Below, in pieces: positions 8,929 to 16,180 of a DNA stretch of 45,334 nt (positions are counted from its first letter, which is position 1; each line of letters starts with the position of its first letter). The position numbers were made by a program, and so were the translations under genes. The stretch is from an uncultured Bifidobacterium sp. (GTDB taxonomy: Bacteria; Actinomycetota; Acidimicrobiia; Acidimicrobiales; Ilumatobacteraceae), in assembly GCA_964595105.1 (NCBI GenBank), contig CAZQPJ010000001.1:1-45334 (forward strand), given 5' to 3'. The notes beneath the pieces were generated by a model. It was not told the origin of the DNA. It saw only the letters and a list, made by a program, of their open reading frames with translations, and searched no databases.

Positions 8929-9623
8929 GGTTGGTCCGTCACCAGTGCGCGCACCCACTCGATGTCGGGGTCGACTCGGTACTTGTCGATGAGGAAGGCG
9001 GCCGCGGCTGCCCGGGCTGCATCGGCCTCGATGCCGAGGTGCGGCCCATCGTCAGGCGGCAGCCAGATGAGCGCCACGTCACGCGTGTCGAGCCCCTCGG
9101 TTTGCCAGCGCCACCCGTGTACCGGCTCGCGGTAGGGCACGTCGAACACGCGCCAGCCGTAGCGATGGAAGATCGGCAGCTTGTACTCCGGCGTCTCCGC
9201 CACGCATCCGAGGCCCGGTTCCCCAGCATCGACCAGATACTGCCGAAGGGCATCGTGGAGGAACCAGCCCCCGATGCCCACGCCCCCCACCACGACGCTC
9301 CGCACGGCGGGCTCGATGGCCAGGAAGTGGATGGGGGCCACTCGTCGCCGGAGGTTGCTGTCGGCCAGCGAATAGCCCACCGGCTCGTCATTGCGAGTGA
9401 GCAGCCACTGGTGCACCACCACCTGGTCGCGGCGCGAAGGCCTCGCTGCATCGGCGATGATCTCGTCGGCTGCGAACAGGTGGTCGGGGAAGGCTCGCCG
9501 ATGCAGCGAGGCCATCACCTCGGCCAGGTGGGGATGTCGCCCGTCGACCACGTCGTACGCCACCAGCCGCGACCCATCGTCGGCCGTCACTTCAAGTGGG
9601 GAGTGGGCCGACGACACGGTCAC
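8916..9623 (-). CDS. GNAT-like acetyltransferase-fold protein (235 aa)
   Basis: Start set at GTG 9623, which forms a GTGA overlap with the upstream stop (9620-9622). The FLAIEPAVRSVVVGGVGIGGWFLHDAL segment resembles GNAT motif A. Weak family call. Confidence 0.45.
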   Translation of the reverse strand: MTVSSAHSPLEVTADDGSRLVAYDVVDGRHPHLAEVMASLHRRAFPDHLFAADEIIADAARPSRRDQVVVHQWLLTRNDEPVGYSLADSNLRRRVAPIHFLAIEPAVRSVVVGGVGIGGWFLHDALRQYLVDAGEPGLGCVAETPEYKLPIFHRYGWRVFDVPYREPVHGWRWQTEGLDTRDVALIWLPPDDGPHLGIEADAARAAAAAFLIDKYRVDPDIEWVRALVTDQPRLR

Positions 9624-10609
9624 AGGTCGCCCAGCACGCGGTCGACCCGGCTCGGCAACTTGCGCGCCGCGCCGCGCATGGCGATGCGCCACCTCGGCTC
9701 ACCGCCCAGGTCGGCGAGGCCAGCACTCCACTCGTTCACGTAGCCCCGATCGGCGAGCCAGGTGAGCCGCTCCACCGCTTCATCGAGCGCGATACCGAGC
9801 GCCGCCGCCACACCCTGCGACGTGAGCGGCCCGCGACGCAACAGCACGCGTTGCACAGCGCGCAACGGGTCGGGCATCGAGAGGAGCTCCACCATCGAGT
9901 GGTCGGGAAGCGCAACGGCGACGTTGCGAGTGGTGCTGACCGACACTTCTGCGTCGATGACCGTGAGTTGGTAGTTGTGGCCGCCGGTGGTTCGGCCCGT
10001 GTCGAGCCCGTGCAGATGCAGGCCCGGAATCACCGTGCCGCCGCCGATGTCGGGAAACTGGAAGCCCACGAACACCCCGTCGAAGGTGTCATGCTCGAAC
10101 CGCACCTCGTCGGTGGCGAGCACCTCGGCGATGGGCCGATACGGTGGTTCCTGCCCGGCCACGCTGCGAACCACGACATTCTCGAACGATCCCTCAAGCC
10201 GCACCGCGATGACGGCATCGGTAGTACCGGCGAGGTCGGCGATGGTGCGGTTCACTTCAGCGAGATCGACGTTCCGGAGCCGTCTGCGTGCCGGCGAGTC
10301 GAGCGTGGTGACCACCACGAACGGAAGCCGCGCCTCGGGTGGCAGCACCGTGGCGCGACCCGACGAGTCGACCCTCCAGGCGACTCCGTCGACCACCACC
10401 ACCTCACCGTCGAGTCGATCCGCCGCACCGAGTCCTTGGTCACCTCGGGGCAGCACGTCACCGACGGTCACGACGCCGTCGTAGCCCCCATCGAGCAGCA
10501 CGTGGGCCAGCGTGAACTGGGTGACCCGGTCGGCAACGGGGCACGACGGGTCGAGGTCGTGCTGGTGCTGCAGCGTGACCGCTGCGGCAAGTCCGGCATC
10601 GAGCCCCAC
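9620..10609 (-). CDS. alpha-acetolactate decarboxylase (AlsD/BudA) family domain fused to a C-terminal winged-helix domain
   Basis: The N-terminal ~240 aa follow the AlsD pattern: LQHQ..FTLAHVLLDGGYDGVVTVGDVLPRGDQGLGAADRLDGEVVVVDGVAWRV, later IPGLHLHGLDTGRTTGGH. The C-terminal ~85 aa (LRRGPLTSQGVAAALGIALDEAVERLTWLADRGYV) look like a wHTH. Confidence 0.65.
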   Translation of the reverse strand: MGLDAGLAAAVTLQHQHDLDPSCPVADRVTQFTLAHVLLDGGYDGVVTVGDVLPRGDQGLGAADRLDGEVVVVDGVAWRVDSSGRATVLPPEARLPFVVVTTLDSPARRRLRNVDLAEVNRTIADLAGTTDAVIAVRLEGSFENVVVRSVAGQEPPYRPIAEVLATDEVRFEHDTFDGVFVGFQFPDIGGGTVIPGLHLHGLDTGRTTGGHNYQLTVIDAEVSVSTTRNVAVALPDHSMVELLSMPDPLRAVQRVLLRRGPLTSQGVAAALGIALDEAVERLTWLADRGYVNEWSAGLADLGGEPRWRIAMRGAARKLPSRVDRVLGDL

Positions 10610-10616
10610 GCGGAGC

Positions 10617-11159
10617 TCAGCCCTTCTTCCGGCGGGCGCTCCACCATGCGAACCAGCTCACCGGCGCGGAGAAGGCACTGGCGACCGGCTGCCCGGCCAC
10701 CTTCTGGTACTCGGCATCGAACTCCGCGGTGCCGACACCGAAGGCCTCCGCCAACTGTGACACCCTGTTGCTGGGCATGGCGTAGCGGCTCGCCATCTGA
10801 TGCAGGACCTCGGCCCGCAGCGACAGGTCGGCCGGCAGGAGCACCTTCCAGTTGTCGACCGTGCCGGCCAACGCCCGAACCTCCGGCCCAGTGGCCGCGC
10901 GGCGAGCATTGCGGAACGATTCGATGAAGGCATCGTCGGCCTCACCGGGCAGCGAACGACGCATGGTTTCCGGGTCGGCGGAGTGAAGCGCCGACAGGAG
11001 CAGGCCTGCCTCGGGCGCCGACGTGGCCAGCACGGCGCGCTGGTCGCGAATGCGGCGCGCTTCCTGCTCGATGAGGTACAGCAGCGCCCGCGCCCGACGC
11101 ACGCGCGACAGACCTCCCTGCTGAATCTCTTCCCGGCTGAACAGCCCGTCGTCACTCAT
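10617..11159 (-). CDS. hypothetical protein (180 aa) with Trp-rich basic C-terminal tail
   Basis: Coding-like composition. First gene of the 11159->8916 operon and divergent from the MinD-like gene. The C-terminus PVSWFAWWSARRKKG looks like an amphipathic membrane-targeting tail. No family recognised. Confidence 0.55.
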   Translation of the reverse strand: MSDDGLFSREEIQQGGLSRVRRARALLYLIEQEARRIRDQRAVLATSAPEAGLLLSALHSADPETMRRSLPGEADDAFIESFRNARRAATGPEVRALAGTVDNWKVLLPADLSLRAEVLHQMASRYAMPSNRVSQLAEAFGVGTAEFDAEYQKVAGQPVASAFSAPVSWFAWWSARRKKG

Positions 11160-11284
11160 TGTCGTCGCCCCTTCGGCTGTGTGGTTGCTACGACGGCGGC
11201 GGGCCGCACTCGCTGCATCGGGTACTGTACTGAACCTGCTTCAAGATAGTGTCTGACGAGACACCACCGCCGCAGGAGGCACAC

Positions 11285-12043
11285 GTGACCAAGATCATCT
11301 CCGTCCACTCGTTCCGTGGTGGCACCGGCAAGAGCAACACGAGCGCGAACATCGCCGCCCAGCTCGCTGCGTCCGGAAAGCGGGTCGCCGTGGTCGACAC
11401 CGACGTCCAGTCGCCCGGTATCCACGTGCTCTTCGGGTTCGATGAGCAGATGTCGGGCAAGGTCCTGAACGACTACCTCTACGGTGGGTGCCCCATCGTC
11501 GACGCCGCCCACGATGTGACGGCCCGCCTCGGTTCGGTGGCCCCCGGTGGCGCGCTCTATCTCGTGCCCTCCAGCATCAAGGCGGCCGACATCGCCAAGG
11601 TGCTGCGTCAGGGCTACGACGTCGAGATGCTCAACGAGGGCTTCCGGGCGCTCGTGAAGGGCCTCAACCTCGACGTCCTGGTCATCGACACCCACCCGGG
11701 TCTCAACGAGGAGACCCTGCTCTCGATCACCATCAGCGACACGCTGTTGCTCATTCTCCGTCCCGACAAGCAGGACTATCAGGGCACGGCGGTCACCGTC
11801 GACATCGCTCGTCGTCTCGAGGTGCCGGAACTGCTGCTGCTCGTCAACAAGGTCCCCTCGAGCGCCGATCTCGCCGCAGTCGCCGCCGACGTGTCGAGCG
11901 CCTACGGCACCGAGGTGGCCGGCGTGCTGCCGCTCAGCGAAGACATCGTCACGAATGCATCCGGTGGCCTCTTCAGCGTCACCAACCCCAACCACCCGTG
12001 GTCGCGTACGGTCGCTTCGGTGGCCGAGCGCCTGGGTCGCTGA
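11285..12043 (+). CDS. MinD/ParA-family P-loop ATPase (deviant Walker A with Arg in the signature-Lys position)
   Basis: VTKIISVHSFRGGTGKSNTSANIAAQLAASGKRVAVVDTDVQSPGIH. Start placed at GTG 11285, 5 nt after AGGAGG (11274-11279). The track ORF begins at ATG 11249 in the same frame. Confidence 0.85.
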   Translation: MTKIISVHSFRGGTGKSNTSANIAAQLAASGKRVAVVDTDVQSPGIHVLFGFDEQMSGKVLNDYLYGGCPIVDAAHDVTARLGSVAPGGALYLVPSSIKAADIAKVLRQGYDVEMLNEGFRALVKGLNLDVLVIDTHPGLNEETLLSITISDTLLLILRPDKQDYQGTAVTVDIARRLEVPELLLLVNKVPSSADLAAVAADVSSAYGTEVAGVLPLSEDIVTNASGGLFSVTNPNHPWSRTVASVAERLGR

Positions 12044-12079
12044 CGCAGCAGCACTGTTCGCTACCCTCGTCATCGACCG

Positions 12080-12097
12080 CTGAGCCTTGGGGCTCAG
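12080..12097. terminator. GC-rich hairpin between convergent genes (candidate bidirectional terminator)
   Basis: CTGAGCC-ttgg-GGCTCAG: perfect 7-bp stem, 4-nt loop. It lies 37 nt after the MinD-like stop and overlaps the TetR stop codon (12094-12096). No U-tract. Confidence 0.35.
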
Positions 12098-12735
12098 GGT
12101 CGCGCCAGGATGTCGAGCAGCACCGTGCGCACGTGAGCGCGCGCCATCGGAAGAAACTGACGGACGTTGGCCTCGCGCGTCGGCAGGTGATCACCACCGA
12201 CCCACACCGACATTCCGAGCGCCAGCCACCCGACCACCGCTGCGGCGAACCCGACGTCACCTGCCTCGAGCTCGGCAGGATCGCCGATGCCGCGCAGCTG
12301 GGCTCTCGCCTCGCGCACCAACTGCTGCAGATTGCCGAAGTTCCGGGTGCCGGCCGCCGCGAGTCGTTGTTGCGCAGGGTCGGCAGGATTCGGGGTTCCA
12401 ATCGCAACTGCCGGGAAGTCGAGCGCTGCAGCGAGGCCGGGATGGTCTGCGGTCCAGTCGACCTGTCGATCGATCCACGCCAGCAGGCGGCCCACCGGGT
12501 CGTTACCGCTGGCGTCGGCGGCCGCCATCAGTTCATCGACGTATGCCTCGTACGCGGTGGCCATCGCTTCGAGAATCAACCCGTCTCGGCTGCCGAAGTG
12601 ATAGTTCACGAGCGGTTTCGACAGACCGAGTTCCTCGCAGATGTCCTGCGGACGCACCGACGCCGGGCCCTGAGCCGAGAGGTGGCGGATGGTGGCGTCG
12701 ATGAGTTGCCGACGTGCACTCGGAACATCGCTCAT
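12094..12735 (-). CDS. TetR/AcrR family transcriptional regulator
   Basis: Track ORF trimmed to ATG 12735. The N-terminal HTH (RRQLIDATIRHLSAQGPASVRPQDICEELGLSKPLVNYHFGSRDGL) is a classic TetR signature. Confidence 0.9.
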   Translation of the reverse strand: MSDVPSARRQLIDATIRHLSAQGPASVRPQDICEELGLSKPLVNYHFGSRDGLILEAMATAYEAYVDELMAAADASGNDPVGRLLAWIDRQVDWTADHPGLAAALDFPAVAIGTPNPADPAQQRLAAAGTRNFGNLQQLVREARAQLRGIGDPAELEAGDVGFAAAVVGWLALGMSVWVGGDHLPTREANVRQFLPMARAHVRTVLLDILARP

Positions 12736-12823
12736 CGCTGTCGCCACGATGCTCACCGTACTTCGCTGCGTGAGTACCGTTGAGGCGAACCGGTGCCGGT
12801 TCCGGAACAGGAGGATTCCACTC

Positions 12824-13132
12824 GTGTACGTCGATCTCACCCTCGGCCGCGCCGCAGTGCGGCAGGCCGACGACCTGAAGTCGTTGTCGGTGAAGGCGGC
12901 CGGCGGGCATGCCGATGCCGCGGTGCTGGGTGGCCTCGGTGAGCCATCCGCCGACGGGGCACACGTGTGGCTCGACGTACCGGCGCTGCGCGAGGCAGCC
13001 GCAGCCACCATCGACCCTGCCGGGCGCGCCGACTGGCTGGTGGGCTTCGACGGCATGATCGCCTACGCCACCTCGAAGGGATGGACCGACGACCAAGGCC
13101 GCGTGCGCGCCCATGTGGAGGCCGCGCCGTGA
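12824..13132 (+). CDS. hypothetical small protein (102 aa)
   Basis: GTG 12824 lies 9 nt after AGGAGG (12809-12814). The stop overlaps the GTG of the AKR gene (GTGA 13129-13132). Divergent from TetR. No family recognised. Confidence 0.45.
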   Translation: MYVDLTLGRAAVRQADDLKSLSVKAAGGHADAAVLGGLGEPSADGAHVWLDVPALREAAAATIDPAGRADWLVGFDGMIAYATSKGWTDDQGRVRAHVEAAP

Positions 13133-14097
13133 AGTACACGCGCCTCGGCAGCAGTGGCCTCCAGGTGTCGCGGATCTGTCTCGGCTGCATGAGCTTCGGC
13201 GTACCCGACCGCGGCACGCACGCGTGGACGATGCCCGAGGACGAGAGCCGGCCCTACATCCGCCGCGCCCTCGAGGCCGGCATCAATTTCTTCGACACCG
13301 CCAACATGTACTCCGACGGAACGAGTGAGGAGATCGTCGGCCGCGCCATCGCCGATTTCGCCCGACGCGAGGAAGTGGTGATCGCCACCAAGGTCTTCTA
13401 CCCGATGCGCCCCGGACCCAACGGTGGCGGGCTGTCGCGTCGGTCGATCATGCACGAGATCGACGCCAGCCTCCGTCGACTCGGCACCGACTACGTCGAC
13501 CTGTACCAGATCCACCGCTGGGACCCTCGCACTCCGATCGAGGAGACGATGGAGGCCCTCCACGACGTGGTGAAGGCCGGCAAGGCCCGATACATCGGGG
13601 CGTCGTCGATGTGGGCGTGGCAGTTCGCCAAGGCGCAACAGGTGGCGGAACGTCACGGCCTCACCAAGTTCATCAGCATGCAGAACCACTACAACCTCGT
13701 GTACCGAGAGGAAGAGCGCGAGATGCTGCCGCTGTGCCTCGACCAGGGCGTGGGTGCCATCCCCTGGAGTCCGCTCGCGCGAGGACTGCTGACACGTGAG
13801 GCCGGCACCAGCACCATCCGGTTGGAGACCGACGAGTTCGGCAAGACCATCTACGGCACTGCCGATCAGGGGGTCATCGACGCGCTTGCGACCATTGCGA
13901 GCGAGCATGGGGCCAGCAAGGCCGCTGTCGGCCTTGCGTGGGTGGCGCGCCACCCCGCGGTGAGCGCACCCATCGTGGGCACCACGAAGCCGCACCATCT
14001 CGACGACGCGCTCGCGTCGCTCGACGTGGTGCTCACCGACGACGAGGTTCGCCGCCTCGAGGAGCCGTACACGCCCCAACCGGTGTATGGCCACTGA
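13129..14097 (+). CDS. aldo/keto reductase
   Basis: VKYTRLGSSGLQVSRICLGCMSFG N-terminus, DTANMYSDGTSEEIVG (catalytic Asp/Tyr region) and IHRWD motif. 322 aa. Confidence 0.9.
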   Translation: MKYTRLGSSGLQVSRICLGCMSFGVPDRGTHAWTMPEDESRPYIRRALEAGINFFDTANMYSDGTSEEIVGRAIADFARREEVVIATKVFYPMRPGPNGGGLSRRSIMHEIDASLRRLGTDYVDLYQIHRWDPRTPIEETMEALHDVVKAGKARYIGASSMWAWQFAKAQQVAERHGLTKFISMQNHYNLVYREEEREMLPLCLDQGVGAIPWSPLARGLLTREAGTSTIRLETDEFGKTIYGTADQGVIDALATIASEHGASKAAVGLAWVARHPAVSAPIVGTTKPHHLDDALASLDVVLTDDEVRRLEEPYTPQPVYGH

Positions 14098-15448
14098 CCG
14101 CGTCCATGCACCGAACAGGCTGCGAGTGGCACTCACGGCCACTGCCTTTCTCGGCGGGCTGTGGTGGGTGTGGCACTCGGGAGGGTTCGGTGGCGTGCTC
14201 GCCGCGGCAGCAGCGGCGCTCGCCTCACTCGGCCTGCGTCGACGGTCGCCGGCGGTGTTCGGTGGGCCGACCACCGCCGTGCTGGTCACCGCGGTCGTGT
14301 GGAATGCAGCGAGCCTGCTCGTGTACGCCGTGCCCGACAATGGCGATCGGTTCAGTTCACGAGTGGCCACCTGGGGCCGCGACCACGGTTACGGCGCGGT
14401 GATCGACTGGCTCGAAGCTCGGGCCTACAGCACGCCGCCCTCGAAGGAACCGGCCACCGACCTCGGCCTCGCCACGGTGCCCACGCTCGCGTCGACCACC
14501 GTGCCCGGCGCCACGTCGACGAGCCCTCAGAACACGGTGGCCGCAACGAACTCGCCCGTCACAGCGGTACCCAGCACCATGGTGCCGCCTGCTCCTGCTC
14601 CCCCACCCGCACTCGCACCCATCTTCGATCCCCCGTTGAAGGGCGAGGGCCAGTGGGTGCCCGTCGCCCAGGCCGGTGGTGCCGACGCGATGTGGGCGAC
14701 CAGCATGCGGTCGCTGGCCGCCGCAGGGGGCGTGGTGGCCACCATGGTGGTGATCGACCAGACCCATCTTCGGGCCGGACTGTTCAACGGAAGCGAGCTG
14801 CCGGGCGGAACCTGGAAGCGAGGCAACCGCGTGCCCAACGACCTTCAGCCGGCAGTGGTCGCAGCCATGAACGGCGGTTTCCGTTTCGACCACATGAAGG
14901 GCGGGTACCTCACCGAGGGCGTGGTGGTGAAGCCGTTGCGCACGGGCGATGCCACGCTCGCCATCGACCGCTCGGGACGGGTGGCGTTGGGCGTGCTCGG
15001 CCGCGATCTCTTCGACGACGGCTCGTGGGCGTCGATGCGGCAGAACCTCGAGTTGATGGTCGACGATGGGCGCTCGAACGTACGCACGGCGATCTCGCAC
15101 GGCGTGTGGTGGGGTGCCGACAACGGTCAGGCGGTGTACGTGAAGCGGTCGGCGGTGTGCACGGTGGCCGACGGGCGGCTCGCCTACGTGATGGCCGATC
15201 CGGTCGATGCCGAACAGTTCGCGCAGTCGCTCATCACCATGGGCTGCGTCGATGCGATGCAGATGGACATCAACGTCGACTGGCCGTTGTTCACCACCTT
15301 CAGTCACGACACTGGGAAGGCGGTGCCGCACCTCGTCGACCGGCGGATGACCGGCAACGCTCGGCGCGCACTCGACGGCAGCACGAAGGACTTCGTCGCC
15401 TTCTTCGATGCCACGCTGGTGCCGGCCGGGTCGGCACTCGACCCATGA
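14087..15448 (+). CDS. membrane-anchored phosphodiester glycosidase family protein (DUF2233/NAGPA-like)
   Basis: N-terminal TM segments and a Pro/Thr/Ser-rich linker. The C-terminal domain with NGGF..GGYL..G, RSAVCTVADGRLAYVM and AMQMDIN resembles DUF2233. The ATG overlaps the AKR 3' end by 11 nt. Confidence 0.7.
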   Translation: MATDRVHAPNRLRVALTATAFLGGLWWVWHSGGFGGVLAAAAAALASLGLRRRSPAVFGGPTTAVLVTAVVWNAASLLVYAVPDNGDRFSSRVATWGRDHGYGAVIDWLEARAYSTPPSKEPATDLGLATVPTLASTTVPGATSTSPQNTVAATNSPVTAVPSTMVPPAPAPPPALAPIFDPPLKGEGQWVPVAQAGGADAMWATSMRSLAAAGGVVATMVVIDQTHLRAGLFNGSELPGGTWKRGNRVPNDLQPAVVAAMNGGFRFDHMKGGYLTEGVVVKPLRTGDATLAIDRSGRVALGVLGRDLFDDGSWASMRQNLELMVDDGRSNVRTAISHGVWWGADNGQAVYVKRSAVCTVADGRLAYVMADPVDAEQFAQSLITMGCVDAMQMDINVDWPLFTTFSHDTGKAVPHLVDRRMTGNARRALDGSTKDFVAFFDATLVPAGSALDP

Positions 15449-15465
15449 GACTCAGAGATGAGTCT
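15448..15465. terminator. short hairpin spanning the two convergent stop codons
   Basis: AGACTCA-gaga-TGAGTCT: 7-bp stem, 4-nt loop. It overlaps the TGA of the DUF2233 gene (15446-15448) and the stop/last codons of the minus-strand Tat-signal gene (15452-). Confidence 0.3.
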
Positions 15466-16069
15466 TGCTCCAGGTGCTGTTGGCGCCAGCGGCCTTCGTG
15501 AACTGGAAGTCCTGCGTGTCGGCCGCCGAACCTACGGTGCTGTCGCCGTAGGTGCAGTTGTACTCGACGTAGCCCGTGATCTGGATGGAGTCACCGCCGG
15601 CGGCGTCGATGACCGATCCGCCACTTGCATTGAGGTGCCGGAACTGGAACGACGACGTTCCCCACCCGTTCACAGTCGGGTCGGTGTACGGACTGGGAAT
15701 GCTCACCGACACCGTCGCGCCCGCCCCAGACAGAGAGGTGAACACGTTGGAGAGGGGCGGAGCGATACCCCACGCATAACTGGTGGTGTTGTCGGCGAGC
15801 GATATGACGTACGCGGTCATCTGGATCGCGACGACCTCGGCGACCGTGTTCAAACAGGTCCCGCATGGTGCAAGCGCTGAGCCTGTGCACGAGGCATCGC
15901 CGATGGAGATGGACGCACTCGGGGCCGCCCTACCGGTCACGGTCACGTCGAGGATCCCCCCCACGACCGGGTTTGCGAACGCGAAGGCTGGAAGCGACTT
16001 CACTGCAGTCGCGCCAACGACCACAGCGCCACCGACTCCCAGTTTCTTCAACGCCTCGCGTCGGTTCAT
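15452..16069 (-). CDS. Tat-signal secreted protein of unknown function (205 aa)
   Basis: Track ORF trimmed to ATG 16069, preceded by GGAG. Twin-arginine signal MNRREALKKLGVGGAVVVGATAVKSLPAFA. The mature part is Ser/Thr/Gly/Ala-rich with 4 Cys. No family recognised. Confidence 0.6.
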   Translation of the reverse strand: MNRREALKKLGVGGAVVVGATAVKSLPAFAFANPVVGGILDVTVTGRAAPSASISIGDASCTGSALAPCGTCLNTVAEVVAIQMTAYVISLADNTTSYAWGIAPPLSNVFTSLSGAGATVSVSIPSPYTDPTVNGWGTSSFQFRHLNASGGSVIDAAGGDSIQITGYVEYNCTYGDSTVGSAADTQDFQFTKAAGANSTWSKTHL

Positions 16070-16094
16070 CACGTCTCCGTGTCTGGAGTTCCGA

Positions 16095-16140
16095 TATCCC
16101 GCCAGCCTATCCGTGTATCCCACCGAATCGGGGGATACAC
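16095..16140. promoter_or_regulatory. TATCC(C) repeat cluster / 28-bp near-palindrome (candidate operator of the glycan locus)
   Basis: TATCCC (16095-16100), TATCC (16108-16112), TATCCC (16116-16121) and the inverted GGGATA (16132-16137). GTGTATCCC (16113-16121) and GGGATACAC (16132-16140) are a perfect 9-bp inverted repeat, with an inner CCGAaTCGG palindrome. The cluster lies in the 111-bp divergent spacer between the Tat-protein gene and the priming transferase gene. Confidence 0.4.
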
Positions 16141-16180
16141 AGGAAGGAGCCCCGTCATCGGTGAACGCTAGCCTCGGCGC

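Noticed and set aside
14161-15501. 446-aa plus-strand ORF overlapping the DUF2233 gene in another frame
   Set aside because: The translation is Arg/Gly-rich low-complexity with no motifs. The 14087..15448 frame has TM segments, a Pro/Thr linker and DUF2233-like blocks.
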